From Steroidobacteraceae bacterium (GTDB lineage Bacteria; Pseudomonadota; Gammaproteobacteria; Steroidobacterales; Steroidobacteraceae), in the NCBI GenBank assembly GCA_041395525.1, contig JAWLAH010000009.1, positions 18,347-82,346 on the forward strand: DNA of 64,000 bases, in the 5' to 3' direction. Under the pieces are notes generated by a model. The model searched no databases, was not told the origin of the DNA, and worked only from the letters and a program-made list of their open reading frames with translations. Below, one piece after another: positions 41,080 to 52,664 of this stretch (position 1 is its first letter; each line of letters starts with the position of its first letter). A program made the position numbers and the translations under genes.

Positions 41080-43083
41080 ATGACAAGCACGCATCGCACA
41101 CTTGCAAATGCCCTTCGCGCACTCGCGATGGACGCTGTCCAGGCCGCCAACTCAGGACATCCCGGCGCGCCCATGGGGATGGCCGACATTGCAGAAGTGC
41201 TGTGGCGCGGATTTCTCAAGCACAATCCGGCCAATCCACAGTGGTGGAACCGTGACCGTTTCGTGCTTTCCAACGGGCACGCGTCGATACTGCTCTATTC
41301 GCTGCTGTATCTCACCGGCTACCCGCTTGGGCTGGAAGATCTGAAGAAATTCCGCCAGCTCGGTTCGCGCACGCCGGGGCACCCGGAGCACGATCCACAG
41401 ATCGGGATCGAGACCACCACGGGTCCACTGGGGCAGGGGCTCGCGAATGCCGTCGGTATGGCGCTGGCGGAGAAACTGCTGGCTAACGAGTTCAATGAAC
41501 CGGGTCTCGCATTGGTGGACCACCACACCTATTGCTTCATCGGCGATGGCTGTCTGATGGAAGGCATCTCGCACGAAGCCTGTTCTCTTGCCGGCACCTT
41601 GCAGCTCGGCAAGTTGATCGTCTTGTACGACGACAACGGTATTTCGATCGACGGCAAAGTCGTCGGTTGGTTCACGGACGATACGCCCAAGCGCTTCGAG
41701 AGCTACGGCTGGCACGTCATCAAGAACGTCGACGGCCAAGACGCTGCTGCGATTACGGCGGCGATCAAGCGCGCGAAAGCGCGCAAGGATCGGCCGACGC
41801 TCATTTGCTGCAAGACCATCATCGGTTTTGGCGCGCCTAACAAGCAGGGCACCAAAGCCACGCACGGTGAGCCGCTGGGTGCGGATGAAGTGGCGGCGGC
41901 GCGCGCCCAATTGGGTTGGGATTCACCGCCGTTTGTCATTCCAGAAGACATCCGTGCAGCTTGGGATGCCCGCGACGCTGGCGCCGCGGCCGAGAAGAAG
42001 TGGTTGCGTATCTTGCGACGCTACAAGAAGGCGCATCCGGCTCGTGCCGCGCAGTTCGAGCGACGGATGCAGCACGACTTGCCTGCGGACTGGCAGGCGA
42101 GTGCAGCGGCGGCATTGCGCGCCGCCGAGAAATGCACCGATTCGCAAGCCACGCGCGCGTCGTCGCAGACTGTCTTGAATGTCATCGGTCCGACGCTGCC
42201 GGAGTTGTTAGGCGGGTCGGCCGATCTGACGGGCTCGGTGAACACCTTCCGCAAGGATTCGACGACCATCACGGGTGCGGACACGCGGGGCAACTACCTC
42301 CACTACGGGGTGCGCGAATTCGCGATGACCGCCATGTCGAGCGGCTTGCAACTGCACGGCGGTTTCCGACCCTACACAGGGACCTTTCTGGTGTTCTCGG
42401 ACTACGCACGCAACGCAGTGCGGTTGGCTGCCCTGATGCGCCAGCCGATCGTGCTCGTCTATACGCATGATTCCATCGGCCTTGGCGAAGATGGGCCCAC
42501 GCACCAGCCGATCGAGCACCTGGCGTCGTTGCGCGCAATGCCGAACCTCAGCCTGTGGCGGCCTTGCGACGCGGTGGAAACGGCGTTCGCCTGGACTGCG
42601 GCACTGGAGCGCAAATCGGGCCCCACAGCTCTCGTGTTGACGCGGCAGGGGTTGACGCAGCAACAACGTACGCCGGAGCAAATGATTGCACTGCGTAAGG
42701 GCGGTTACGTATTGATCGATTGTCAGGGTGTGCCAGAGTGCATCGTCATCGCCACCGGCTCTGAAGTCGGCATCGCGGCTGAAGCCGTGCGCGCCGAACA
42801 GGCTGCGGGTCGCCGCGTGCGCCTGGTTTCCATGCCATGTGTCGATGTGTTCGATCAACAACCCGCGCCGTACCGCGAAAGTGTCCTGCCGGCGATCGTC
42901 AAGCGCCGTCTGGCGGTCGAGGCGGGTGCGACGCAGTCCTGGTGGCGCCTGGTTGGGCGCGATGGCGCGGTGGTTGGTATCGATCGATTTGGCGAATCCG
43001 GGAAGGGTGCCGATTTATTCAAAGAGTTCGGCTTCACGGCTCTGCACTTGCGCGAGGAACTTGCCAAGTTGCTGCGCTCGTGA
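41080..43083 (+). CDS. tkt: Transketolase
   Basis: [43 protein letters not shown]. Confidence 0.97.
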   Translation: MTSTHRTLANALRALAMDAVQAANSGHPGAPMGMADIAEVLWRGFLKHNPANPQWWNRDRFVLSNGHASILLYSLLYLTGYPLGLEDLKKFRQLGSRTPGHPEHDPQIGIETTTGPLGQGLANAVGMALAEKLLANEFNEPGLALVDHHTYCFIGDGCLMEGISHEACSLAGTLQLGKLIVLYDDNGISIDGKVVGWFTDDTPKRFESYGWHVIKNVDGQDAAAITAAIKRAKARKDRPTLICCKTIIGFGAPNKQGTKATHGEPLGADEVAAARAQLGWDSPPFVIPEDIRAAWDARDAGAAAEKKWLRILRRYKKAHPARAAQFERRMQHDLPADWQASAAAALRAAEKCTDSQATRASSQTVLNVIGPTLPELLGGSADLTGSVNTFRKDSTTITGADTRGNYLHYGVREFAMTAMSSGLQLHGGFRPYTGTFLVFSDYARNAVRLAALMRQPIVLVYTHDSIGLGEDGPTHQPIEHLASLRAMPNLSLWRPCDAVETAFAWTAALERKSGPTALVLTRQGLTQQQRTPEQMIALRKGGYVLIDCQGVPECIVIATGSEVGIAAEAVRAEQAAGRRVRLVSMPCVDVFDQQPAPYRESVLPAIVKRRLAVEAGATQSWWRLVGRDGAVVGIDRFGESGKGADLFKEFGFTALHLREELAKLLRS

Positions 43084-43118
43084 TCTAACAGTACTAACGA
43101 GTAACGAGGAAGAAGAAT

Positions 43119-44132
43119 ATGCCAATCAAGGTGGGCATCAATGGCTACGGCCGAATCGGCCGCAACATTCTGCGCGCTCTCTATGAGTCGGGACGCAACA
43201 AGGAGATCCAGATTGTCGCGATCAACGACCTGGCTGATGCGGCGACCAACGCGCATCTGACGCAATACGACACCGCGCACGGCAAGTTTCCAGGCTCCGT
43301 GAGCGTCGATGGCGACTCAATGGTCGTAAATGGCGATCGTATCAAGGTGATCGCTGAACGTGATCCGTCCAAGATCGCCTGGGGTAAACTGGGCGCCGAC
43401 TTCGTGCACGAGTGCACCGGATTCTTTACGAGCAAAGAGGCGGCCTCCAAACACATCGCCGGTGGTGCCAAGAAGGTGATCATCTCGGCGCCGGGCGGCA
43501 AGGATGTCGATGCGACCGTCGTGTATGGCGTGAATCACGACACCTTGAAGGCTAGCCACACGGTGATATCGAACGCGTCGTGTACTACCAACTGCCTGGC
43601 GCCGATTGCGAGTGTGCTGCACGAGAAAATCGGCATCGAAGGTGGTCTCATGACCACGATCCACGCGTATACGAACGACCAGCGCTTGACCGACGTTTAC
43701 CACGAGGATATCCGCCGTGCGCGGTCAGCGACGATGTCGATGATTCCGACCAAGACTGGTGCTGCCGCTGCGGTCGGACTCGTACTGCCGGCACTGAAGG
43801 GCAAACTCGACGGCTTCGCGGTGCGTATCCCCACCATCAATGTGTCACTGGTCGATCTCACCTTCACGCCCAGGCGCGCGACCAGCGGCGCGGAAATCGA
43901 TGCCATGATGAAGGCGGCGGCGGCCGGACCGCTCAAGGGTGTGCTGCAGTACTCGGATGCACCGCTCGTCTCGATCGACTTCAACCATGATCCGCATTCG
44001 TCGACGTACGATTCGACCATGACACGGATCATCGACGGCAAGCTCGTCAAAGTCTGCGCTTGGTATGACAACGAATGGGGTTTCTCCAATCGCATGCTGG
44101 ACGTCACGACCGCCTGGTCGCGCGCGTCCTGA
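43119..44132 (+). CDS. gap: Glyceraldehyde-3-phosphate dehydrogenase
   Basis: [31 protein letters not shown]. Confidence 0.97.
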   Translation: MPIKVGINGYGRIGRNILRALYESGRNKEIQIVAINDLADAATNAHLTQYDTAHGKFPGSVSVDGDSMVVNGDRIKVIAERDPSKIAWGKLGADFVHECTGFFTSKEAASKHIAGGAKKVIISAPGGKDVDATVVYGVNHDTLKASHTVISNASCTTNCLAPIASVLHEKIGIEGGLMTTIHAYTNDQRLTDVYHEDIRRARSATMSMIPTKTGAAAAVGLVLPALKGKLDGFAVRIPTINVSLVDLTFTPRRATSGAEIDAMMKAAAAGPLKGVLQYSDAPLVSIDFNHDPHSSTYDSTMTRIIDGKLVKVCAWYDNEWGFSNRMLDVTTAWSRAS

Positions 44133-44155
44133 GTTCTGTCCACGTCGTTGCAAGC

Positions 44156-45334
44156 ATGAAAGTGCACAAGATGGCGGATCTGGATCTCGCGGACAAGCGC
44201 GTGCTGATTCGTGAAGATCTGAACGTGCCGATCGAAGCGGGCAAAGTGACCAGCGACGCACGCATTCGTGCGGCATTGCCGACCATCGAACTCGCGATCC
44301 GCAAAGGCGCCCGCGTCATGCTGATGTCGCACCTCGGCCGACCGGAGGAGGGCGTGGTGTCGGGCGAGTTCTCGTTGTCGCCGGTCGCGACCAGGATGTC
44401 TGAGCTGTTAGGAAAGCCGGTGCGGCTCGTCAAGGACTGGTTGGCAGGCGTCGATTGCGAGCCCGGCCAAGTTGTGCTGCTCGAAAACGTGCGGTTCAAC
44501 AAAGGCGAGAAGAAGAACAGCGACAAACTAGCACGCAAGATGGCCGCGCTGTGCGATGTGTTTGTGATGGATGCCTTCGGCACCGCACATAGGGCGGAAG
44601 CGAGCACTCACGGCGTCGCCAAGTATGCGCCGATTGCCTGCGCCGGGCCGCTGCTGGTGGCGGAGCTCGACGCGCTGGAGCGTGCGCTTGCCGACCCGGC
44701 CAGGCCGCTGGTAGCGATCGTCGCGGGCTCCAAGGTCTCTACCAAGCTCACGGTGCTCGAGTCGTTGCTCAACAAGGTCGATAAATTGATCGTGGGCGGT
44801 GGTATCGCCAACACTTTTCTCGCCGCAACCGGCGTTGCCGTCGGCAAGTCGCTGCACGAAGCGGACATGCTCGATATGGCCCGGCGATTGCTTGCACAGG
44901 CACGCGCGCGCGGGGCGGAAATCCCTCTGCCTACCGACGTCGTCGTCGCCAAGGAATTTGCGGCCACCGCGCATGCCGACGTCCGCAGCATCCATGAGGT
45001 GCGCGCCGATGAGCTGATCCTCGACATTGGGCCGGACACGTCGGATCGTTTTGCATCGCTGCTGCAAGATGCCGGCACGATCATCTGGAACGGGCCCATC
45101 GGCGTATTCGAGTTCGATCAGTTTGGCGAAGGTACGCGTGCCGTCGCCAATGCGATTGCGACCAGCGCGGCGTTCTCGTTAGCCGGGGGTGGTGATACTC
45201 TTGCGGCGATTGAGAAGTATGGGGTCGCGGACCGCATTTCCTATATCTCCACCGGCGGCGGCGCGTTCTTGGAGTTTGTGGAGGGCAAGACGCTGCCAGC
45301 GGTAGCGATGCTCGAGGCGCGCGCGCGCGGGTAG
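44156..45334 (+). CDS. pgk: Phosphoglycerate kinase
   Basis: [40 protein letters not shown]. Confidence 0.95.
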   Translation: MKVHKMADLDLADKRVLIREDLNVPIEAGKVTSDARIRAALPTIELAIRKGARVMLMSHLGRPEEGVVSGEFSLSPVATRMSELLGKPVRLVKDWLAGVDCEPGQVVLLENVRFNKGEKKNSDKLARKMAALCDVFVMDAFGTAHRAEASTHGVAKYAPIACAGPLLVAELDALERALADPARPLVAIVAGSKVSTKLTVLESLLNKVDKLIVGGGIANTFLAATGVAVGKSLHEADMLDMARRLLAQARARGAEIPLPTDVVVAKEFAATAHADVRSIHEVRADELILDIGPDTSDRFASLLQDAGTIIWNGPIGVFEFDQFGEGTRAVANAIATSAAFSLAGGGDTLAAIEKYGVADRISYISTGGGAFLEFVEGKTLPAVAMLEARARG

Positions 45335-45344
45335 TAAGCCGCGC

Positions 45345-46658
45345 TCAATCGCGTCGCCGAGCCTGCGGAGTCGGGGATGATTCGCCCGGTCGCCGCACGA
45401 TACCACGCATCAAGGTGTTAGGCAGGAATGCATTGTCCCAGTCGGTGGTCTTCGGTGGCGCTGGGCCGACCCGCAGCACGACCATCTTTTCCGACGGAAC
45501 GATGTACACGACTTGGTCGCCATTGCCGTCGAACAGGAACAAATCACCAGCAAGATAGGGCTCGGAGTGCAGTACGCCCCGGCCCATTCCTGGTACGTCG
45601 CTGTTGGCGAAGCCGCGACGCTCACGGTAGGTGCCTGCGACATAAATACCCAGGCCGTACCACGGATTCTGAACGCTCCCAGTCGCCATCTGCCGCACAT
45701 AGCCAGTCGGCAGGAGTTGTTTATCATTTGCCCGGCCATCGTTCAATAGCAGTAGTGCGACTCGCATCCAGGTTTCGGTAGGCAGTAACAAGCAACAGCC
45801 CGAGTGCGCCATGCCGCCCGGGCGGTTGACCCAGATCTTTCCGCCGGCTGCGCCGATGGGCGCCAGCAATTCCCGGCCCAAAAAATCGGCGTAGCGCATG
45901 CCGGTCGCGCGCTCGATGACCGGTGCCACCATTTCCGCCGTCGCATTGGCGTATTCGTAGCGGGTGCCGGGTTCGTCGGTCAGTGGATAGTCGCGAATGA
46001 TTACTTCGTCATGCCGTGGATGTAGATAGGCGCGATTGAGCGGGCTGTTCGGATCCATCGACGCGCTCTGGCGGAGCAGGCCGCTGCGCATGTCGAGGAG
46101 ATGCCGGATCAGCATTTTCTCTTGCGGCTTGCCACGCCACTCGGTAATGAAATCGGCAACGGGCTGGTCGAGCGAGCGGATCTTGCCGAGCGCGATCGCG
46201 CGCCCGATCAGTATGGCCGTGATCGGTTTGGCAAGCGACCGCGATACGATCAGTGTGTCCGGGGTTGTGGTTCCAAAGTAACTTGATTCCTGCAGCGCGC
46301 CTGCGCGCCAGACGAGAAAAGACTCGCTATTGTTTTGCCGCGCGTACGCGCGCGCAGTCGACAGCGCCTCGATCGAGATCGAACGCCGATTCGGCGCGGC
46401 TTGCCGCAATGGCTGAACCTTGTGTGCCCCGACTACGGTTTCGAGGGTGTCGTATTGATCGAGGCCCTGACCGAGACGCGCCGCACGACCGAGCGCTTCG
46501 AAGCGTTTCATGTAGAGAGCCTCGTCCGCGGAGCTATCGCGAGACGCGTCGGCACCGAATGCCGCGTACGGGCCACAGAGCGCTATGTATGCCATGACGC
46601 AAATCCCGCCCGCCTTCTCTCTTGCTCTCATGCCACACCTCGTCGCCGTTCTTGACAA
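45345..46658 (-). CDS. Beta-lactamase-fold serine hydrolase (class C/esterase-like)
   Basis: S-x-x-K motif in VSRSLAKPIT, YEYANA (Y-x-N), and a later HSGCC region. The start is uncertain (46658 or 46595). Confidence 0.7.
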   Translation of the reverse strand: MSRTATRCGMRAREKAGGICVMAYIALCGPYAAFGADASRDSSADEALYMKRFEALGRAARLGQGLDQYDTLETVVGAHKVQPLRQAAPNRRSISIEALSTARAYARQNNSESFLVWRAGALQESSYFGTTTPDTLIVSRSLAKPITAILIGRAIALGKIRSLDQPVADFITEWRGKPQEKMLIRHLLDMRSGLLRQSASMDPNSPLNRAYLHPRHDEVIIRDYPLTDEPGTRYEYANATAEMVAPVIERATGMRYADFLGRELLAPIGAAGGKIWVNRPGGMAHSGCCLLLPTETWMRVALLLLNDGRANDKQLLPTGYVRQMATGSVQNPWYGLGIYVAGTYRERRGFANSDVPGMGRGVLHSEPYLAGDLFLFDGNGDQVVYIVPSEKMVVLRVGPAPPKTTDWDNAFLPNTLMRGIVRRPGESSPTPQARRRD

Positions 46659-46712
46659 TCTGCATGTTAGCGCGCTCGCGTTTCACGCGTCCAAGCGGCA
46701 GAATGTTCGCCT

Positions 46713-48161
46713 ATGTCCCGCACCAAACACGCATCGCGCACCAAAATCGTCGCCACCCTCGGCCCGGCCACGGATGATCTCGCCACGCTCACCGAGATGG
46801 TGCGCGCCGGACTCGATGTGGCGCGCGTCAATTTTTCACACGGCCGGCACGAGGATCACGCCCGGAGGATCCAGCTGGTACGTGACGCAGCCGCACGCGC
46901 GGGGCAATACGTTGGCATCCTGGCCGACCTCGGCGGTCCCAAAATACGTATCGAGAGCTTTCGCGGCGGCAAAATCACGCTCGCCGACGGCCAGCGGTTC
47001 GCGCTCGACTGTGCGCATGATCCGAGTGCCGGCACGAGCGAGATAGTCGGTTGCGCCTACGAGCAACTCGCTCTGGACGTCAAACCGCAGGATCGGCTGT
47101 TGTTGGCCGACGGACAGATTGAACTGGAGGTGGCCGCGATCAAGGGAACGCGCATCGACACGATCGTGCGTGCGGGTGGCGAACTATCCGATCGCAAAGG
47201 CCTCAATCTCAAAGGCGGCGGCATTTCCGCCCCCGCATTGACGGACAAGGATCGTGTCGATATCGGCTTTGCTGCCGAGCAGGGAGTCGACTATCTGGCG
47301 GTGTCCTTCGCGCGCAACGCGGACGACATCACACAGGCTCGCGAGCTGTTGCAGGCTGCCGGTGGACAAGGCCACGTCTGTGCGAAGATCGAGCGTCATG
47401 AGGCGATCAGCGCGCTCAATGAAATCATCGATGCCAGCAATGTCGTCATGGTGGCGCGCGGCGATCTTGCGGTCGAAATGGGCTACGCAGAATTGACCGG
47501 CTTGCAAAAGACCATCATTCAGCGTGCCCGGCATCGCAATAAGGTGGTGATCACCGCGACACAAATGATGGAGTCGATGATCACGAGTCCGGTGCCGACC
47601 CGAGCCGAAGTGAGTGACGTCGCGAATGCCGTGATCGACGGGACTGATGCGGTGATGCTGTCCGCCGAGAGCGCGGTTGGCAAGTACCCGGTGAAGGCCG
47701 TGCAGGCAATGGAAGAGGTGATTCTCGGTGCGGAGAAATACCAACTGCGCAGCACGCGCATACAGCAGCGGGTCAACGGGCATTTCGCCAAAGCTGAGGA
47801 AGCGATCGCCAGCGCGGTGATGTACACCGCTAACCACATGAACGTGCGCGCCATCGTCGCATTGACCGAGTCCGGATCTACTGCGCTGTGGATGTCGCGC
47901 ATCCGCTCGGATATCCCGATATACGCGTTTACGCGCCACGAGCACACGCGGCGCCGGGTCACGATCTACCGTGGCGTCTTTCCCGTGCCGTTCGATTTGC
48001 CCAACACCAGTGCGCCGCAGTTGTATCAGGCGATCTTTTCCTTGCTGCTGCAGCTCGAGTTGGTTGAGGTAGGTGACCTCGTTATCCTGACCAAGGGCGA
48101 CTTGACGGGCATATCAGGGGGTACCAACGCGATGAAGATCCTGCGCGTCGAGCGGAGCTGA
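46713..48161 (+). CDS. pyk: Pyruvate kinase
   Basis: TKIVATLGPA, ARVNFSHG, MVARGDLAVE, TQMMESM. Confidence 0.95.
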   Translation: MSRTKHASRTKIVATLGPATDDLATLTEMVRAGLDVARVNFSHGRHEDHARRIQLVRDAAARAGQYVGILADLGGPKIRIESFRGGKITLADGQRFALDCAHDPSAGTSEIVGCAYEQLALDVKPQDRLLLADGQIELEVAAIKGTRIDTIVRAGGELSDRKGLNLKGGGISAPALTDKDRVDIGFAAEQGVDYLAVSFARNADDITQARELLQAAGGQGHVCAKIERHEAISALNEIIDASNVVMVARGDLAVEMGYAELTGLQKTIIQRARHRNKVVITATQMMESMITSPVPTRAEVSDVANAVIDGTDAVMLSAESAVGKYPVKAVQAMEEVILGAEKYQLRSTRIQQRVNGHFAKAEEAIASAVMYTANHMNVRAIVALTESGSTALWMSRIRSDIPIYAFTRHEHTRRRVTIYRGVFPVPFDLPNTSAPQLYQAIFSLLLQLELVEVGDLVILTKGDLTGISGGTNAMKILRVERS

Positions 48162-48165
48162 CGCG

Positions 48166-50544
48166 ATGGCCGCGCTGCGGTGGTGGCAGCGAGTACTGTT
48201 GGTACTGGTCGTCGTTGCCGTTCTCGCCGTCGCTGTCGCGACGATGTTGCTGCGCGGTTCGCTCGCGCGGCTGGACGGGTCGCGCAAGCTTTCTGGACTA
48301 ACTACTAATATCAGGATCGAGCGCGATGAGCTCGGCACGGCCACGGTGCACGGTGCATCGCGTAGCGCGGTTGCTTACGGTCTGGGATTTGCGCACGCCC
48401 AGGATCGTTTCTTTCAGATGGATCTGTCACGACGATTGGCGGCCGGCGAGTTGTCGGAATTGTTTGGCGAAGCTACGCTCGAACAGGACCGCACGGCGCG
48501 GCGTTGGCGATTTCGAGCGGCGGCTCGACAGGTCATGGCCGATGCAACCGAAGCTGATCGTGGAATCATCGAAGCGTACACGCGGGGCGTGAATGCCGGG
48601 CTCGATGATCTCGGGTCACGACCGTTCGAATATTGGCTGCTGCGCCTGCAGCCGGCGCTCTGGCGGCCCGAGGATTCGGTGCTGGTCGTGTACGCAATGT
48701 GGTGGGATCTGCAGCACGCCGAGATCGAACGCGAGCGGCAACGGGAGCGTGTTCTGGCCGCGGCACCGCCGGAGCTGGTGCAGTTTCTCTATCGGCGCGG
48801 CACTGAGTTCGACGCGCCTATCGCGCAAACCGGAGCGCCAGCGCAGAACGCGCCGATCACGGGTTCCGAGGTCTTCGATCTACGTTCAGGCGATCAGAGC
48901 GATTCCGATCGACCCAGTGTCGAACACGCGGTCGTGGGCAGTAACAATTGGGCAGTCGCGGGCGAGCTCACCGCGACCGGTGCGGCCCTCGTGGCCAATG
49001 ACATGCACCTCGGATTGCGCGTGCCGCCGGTCTGGTATCGCTCGCGGCTGATCGTCGATGGCGGCGGGAATGCCGCCCCGCCGCTGGATTTGATCGGTAT
49101 CACGCTACCGGGCGTCCCAGCCTTGGTCGCGGGCTCCAATCGTCGGATCGCCTGGGGCTACACTAACAGTTACGGTGATTGGTCCGACGTCAGGCAAGTC
49201 GCGTGCAGCGATCGTTCGCTGACGATTGTGAGCGAGCAGATCGCGGTTCGTGATCACGCTGCCGTGCCGCTGTCGATCCGGGTGCCGATCGATGCCGCGC
49301 TCAGCCACCAAGTCGTCGTCCAGGAATCGAGCGATGGCGAGCGCTGTACATTGGCCGCGTGGCTCGCTCGCGCTCGCGGTGCCACCAACTTTCGCATCTT
49401 CGGTCTCGAGCGTGCGCGATCGGTTGGCGCTGCACTCGAGTTGATGGCAACGGTCGGAATCCCGCAGCAGAACATTGTGATCGGCGATCAGGCGGGACGA
49501 ATTGCGTGGTCGATATTGGGTCGGGTCCCGCGCGGGGAAGACGCCGAGCGTCTGTGGCGCGCAATCGAGTGGCGCGACGTGAGCGATCACCCCACCATTG
49601 TCGACCCCGCGATCGGCAGGATCTGGTCGGCGAATTCGCGTGCTGTCGATGGGCCGCTGGAAGAAGTGATCGGGAGCGATGAAGTCAACCTGGGTGTCGG
49701 CTATGACTTTGGCGCTCGAGCACAGCAAATTCGCGATCGGTTGTTGGCCGTGCCGCGCAACGCAACACCCGCGGATATGCTTGCCATTCAGCTCGACGAC
49801 CGGGCAGTTGCAATGCAGCGCTGGCGCGATCTTCTCGTCTCGCTCCTCGATGAAGCCGCGCTGCGTGACAGTCCCCAGCGCGCCGAGTTCCAGCGGCTCA
49901 TCGAACGCTGGGACGCTCATGCAGCGGTTTCCTCGGTGGGCTATCGCCTGGTGCGTACGTATCACGATCGAGTCTCGCAGGCGCAGTGGCAAGCCATTCT
50001 GCGGCGTCTCGATTTGCCAACCGACGGCATCGCGGCGCCGGCAAGCTTCGAAGCCGCGATCTGGCAGTTGGTCAACGATCAGCCAGCGAATTTCCTGGCG
50101 CCGGGCAGCAAGTCATGGCGTCAGTTTCTATTAGGGCAAGTGGATCGGACGATCAAGGATTTGCAGGACAGCTGCGAGTCACTCGCGACTTGCACCTGGG
50201 GAGAACGCACACCGGTCGCGATCCGTCACCCGCTGTCGGCTTCGATGCCCATCCTGGAGCGCTGGCTCGACATGCCGACCCTGCAATTGCCGGGCGACAA
50301 CGACATGCCACGCGTGCAGGTGGGCGCTTTCGGTGCATCTGAGCGTTTTGCTGTCTCACCCGGCGCGGAAGAAGAGGGCTATCTACAACTGGCTGGCGGG
50401 CAGAGCGGCCATCCATTGTCGCCGTTTTACCGCGCCGGATTCCGCGATTGGGCGAGCGGGCGTCCGACACCCTTTTTGCCGGGGCCTGCCCTCCACAAGC
50501 TCGTATTATTGCCGCGCGAGACCCCCGCCGATGGAGAGCCCTGA
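48166..50544 (+). CDS. Penicillin/AHL acylase family Ntn-hydrolase
   Basis: GFAHAQDRFFQMDL, autoprocessing site ..VGSNNWAV (Ser nucleophile), N-terminal TM/signal. Confidence 0.85.
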   Translation: MAALRWWQRVLLVLVVVAVLAVAVATMLLRGSLARLDGSRKLSGLTTNIRIERDELGTATVHGASRSAVAYGLGFAHAQDRFFQMDLSRRLAAGELSELFGEATLEQDRTARRWRFRAAARQVMADATEADRGIIEAYTRGVNAGLDDLGSRPFEYWLLRLQPALWRPEDSVLVVYAMWWDLQHAEIERERQRERVLAAAPPELVQFLYRRGTEFDAPIAQTGAPAQNAPITGSEVFDLRSGDQSDSDRPSVEHAVVGSNNWAVAGELTATGAALVANDMHLGLRVPPVWYRSRLIVDGGGNAAPPLDLIGITLPGVPALVAGSNRRIAWGYTNSYGDWSDVRQVACSDRSLTIVSEQIAVRDHAAVPLSIRVPIDAALSHQVVVQESSDGERCTLAAWLARARGATNFRIFGLERARSVGAALELMATVGIPQQNIVIGDQAGRIAWSILGRVPRGEDAERLWRAIEWRDVSDHPTIVDPAIGRIWSANSRAVDGPLEEVIGSDEVNLGVGYDFGARAQQIRDRLLAVPRNATPADMLAIQLDDRAVAMQRWRDLLVSLLDEAALRDSPQRAEFQRLIERWDAHAAVSSVGYRLVRTYHDRVSQAQWQAILRRLDLPTDGIAAPASFEAAIWQLVNDQPANFLAPGSKSWRQFLLGQVDRTIKDLQDSCESLATCTWGERTPVAIRHPLSASMPILERWLDMPTLQLPGDNDMPRVQVGAFGASERFAVSPGAEEEGYLQLAGGQSGHPLSPFYRAGFRDWASGRPTPFLPGPALHKLVLLPRETPADGEP

Positions 50545-50547
50545 TTC

Positions 50548-51423
50548 ATGACCCGAGAGACTGATTTGGCGAAGCGCGTCCGTTTTGCGGGCACCAGCGA
50601 CTATATCGCGACCGACGACTTGATGATGGCGGTCAACGCGGCGATCACCTTGTCGCGACCGCTGTTGATCAAGGGCGAGCCGGGCACCGGCAAGACACAA
50701 TTGGCGCAGGAAATTGCGCGCTCGCTCGAGCGGCCGATTTTTGAGTGGCACATCAAGTCGACCAGCAAGGCACAGCAGGGCCTCTATGAGTACGACGCGG
50801 TGTCGCGGCTGCGCGATTCGCAGTTGGGCGACGCTCGCGTCAAGGATATCGGGAACTATATTGTCCGGGGCAAATTATGGGAGGCCTTCGAGAGCGACGT
50901 GCAACCGGTATTGTTGATCGATGAGATCGACAAAGCAGACATCGAGTTTCCGAACGATCTGCTGCGCGAACTCGATCGCATGGAGTTCTATGTCTATGAG
51001 ACGCGCGAGCTGGTCGAAGCACGGCATCGGCCCATCATCGTGATCACGAGCAACAACGAGAAGGAGCTCCCTGACGCATTTCTCCGCAGGTGTTTCTTCC
51101 ACTACATCCGCTTCCCGGATGTCGAGACCATGCAGCGTATCGTCGATGTCCACTACCCCGGACTGAAACGCGAATTGTTAGCCGAAGCACTGGACGCCTT
51201 TTTCAAGGTTCGCGAGATGCCCGGCTTGAAGAAGAAGCCGTCGACGTCGGAACTTCTGGACTGGATCAAGTTACTGGTCGCGGAAGATGTCGCACCCGAG
51301 GCGCTGCGTACCGATGACCCCAAGAAGTCGATTCCGCCGCTGCATGGCGCGCTCCTGAAGAACGAACAGGACGTGCATCTGTTCGAGCAGCTCGTGTTCA
51401 TGCATCGGCGCGCGGGTCGTTAG
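50548..51423 (+). CDS. MoxR-like AAA+ ATPase
   Basis: Walker A KGEPGTGKT, Walker B LLIDEIDK, arginine finger region LRR. Confidence 0.85.
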   Translation: MTRETDLAKRVRFAGTSDYIATDDLMMAVNAAITLSRPLLIKGEPGTGKTQLAQEIARSLERPIFEWHIKSTSKAQQGLYEYDAVSRLRDSQLGDARVKDIGNYIVRGKLWEAFESDVQPVLLIDEIDKADIEFPNDLLRELDRMEFYVYETRELVEARHRPIIVITSNNEKELPDAFLRRCFFHYIRFPDVETMQRIVDVHYPGLKRELLAEALDAFFKVREMPGLKKKPSTSELLDWIKLLVAEDVAPEALRTDDPKKSIPPLHGALLKNEQDVHLFEQLVFMHRRAGR

Positions 51424-51434
51424 CGGGCGACACG

Positions 51435-52664
51435 ATGCTGGTCCGCTTCTTCTTTCAATTGCGGACGGGTGGCGTGCCCGTTTCGCTGCCCGAGTTTCTG
51501 ACGCTGCTCGAAGCACTGCAGCTGCGTGTGGCATGGCTGTCGGCCGACGAGTTTTACTACTTGGCGCGTATGGCGCTGGTGAAGGACGAGCGCCACTTCG
51601 ATCGGTTTGACCGAGTTTTCGCCGAGTTTTTCGCAGGCGCCGAGCAGGTGTTCGAGAAAATTGCGGCGGAATTGCCGGCCGAATGGTTGCAAAAACTGGC
51701 GGAGCGCACGCTGACGGACGAAGAGAAGTCACGAGTGGCAGCGCTGGGTGGTTGGGAGAAATTGCTGCAAACCCTGCGCCAGCGATTGCGGGAGCAGAAA
51801 TCACGTCATCAGGGCGGCAACAAGTGGATCGGCACTGCGGGCACCTCGCCTTTTGGTGCCTACGGTTACAATCCCGAGGGCATACGCATCGGGCAGACGG
51901 AATCGCGTCATCGCCGCGCGGTCAAAGTCTGGGACGCGCGCGAGTACCGCAACTTCGATGACAGCCTAGAGCTCGGCACGCGCAACCTGAAAATGGCACT
52001 GCGTCGCTTACGTAAATTCGCGCGTCAGGGCATCGCGGACCAGCTCGATCTCGATGGCACTATCGATGCGACGGCCCGTAACGCTGGCTACCTCGATCTC
52101 AAACTCGTGCCGGAACGACGCAATGCCGTCAAGGTGTTGCTGTTTCTCGATGTGGGTGGGTCGATGGACGATCACATTCGCATCTGTGATGAGCTGTTTT
52201 CCGCTGCACGAAGCGAGTTCAAGCACCTCGAGCACTTCTATTTTCACAACTTTCTGTATGAACGTGTCTGGAAGGACAATCGACGCCGCATGACAGAAGT
52301 CCTGCCGACAACTGAGCTGCTGCGCACTTACCACCGCGACTATCGGGTGATTCTGGTGGGCGACGCGACCATGAGCCCCTATGAGATCGTACAACCGGGT
52401 GGCAGTGTCGAGCACTGGAACCAGGAGGCCGGGACAAAGTGGCTGGAGCGCCTGACGGCACACTTCCCGCAGCTCATTTGGCTCAACCCGGTCCCGCAGG
52501 AGCGGTGGGAGTGGACGCCGTCGATCAAAGTCACTCGTTCGCTACTGCAGGATCGCATGTTCCCGCTGACGCTCCACGGTCTCGACCAGGCGATCGGCAC
52601 TCTGCAGCGGCGCCACGTCCCTGCAGTGGCAACAATCAACCCGCCGGATCAGCCGCCGGCTTAG
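51435..52664 (+). CDS. CoxE-like VWA-domain protein (MoxR partner)
   Basis: MLVRFFFQLRTGGVPVSL..EFL N-terminus. MIDAS-like LLFLDVGGSM in the C-terminal VWA domain. Confidence 0.8.
   Translation: MLVRFFFQLRTGGVPVSLPEFLTLLEALQLRVAWLSADEFYYLARMALVKDERHFDRFDRVFAEFFAGAEQVFEKIAAELPAEWLQKLAERTLTDEEKSRVAALGGWEKLLQTLRQRLREQKSRHQGGNKWIGTAGTSPFGAYGYNPEGIRIGQTESRHRRAVKVWDAREYRNFDDSLELGTRNLKMALRRLRKFARQGIADQLDLDGTIDATARNAGYLDLKLVPERRNAVKVLLFLDVGGSMDDHIRICDELFSAARSEFKHLEHFYFHNFLYERVWKDNRRRMTEVLPTTELLRTYHRDYRVILVGDATMSPYEIVQPGGSVEHWNQEAGTKWLERLTAHFPQLIWLNPVPQERWEWTPSIKVTRSLLQDRMFPLTLHGLDQAIGTLQRRHVPAVATINPPDQPPA

Noticed and set aside
40992-41273. Upstream extension of the metK ORF. The same issue affects the tkt ORF from 41029, the cpdA ORF to 34851, the ubiD ORF from 17213 and the nadB ORF from 21397.
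   Set aside because: The conserved N-termini start at internal ATG or GTG codons. The extensions overlap neighbouring genes or promoters and lack similarity to the families.
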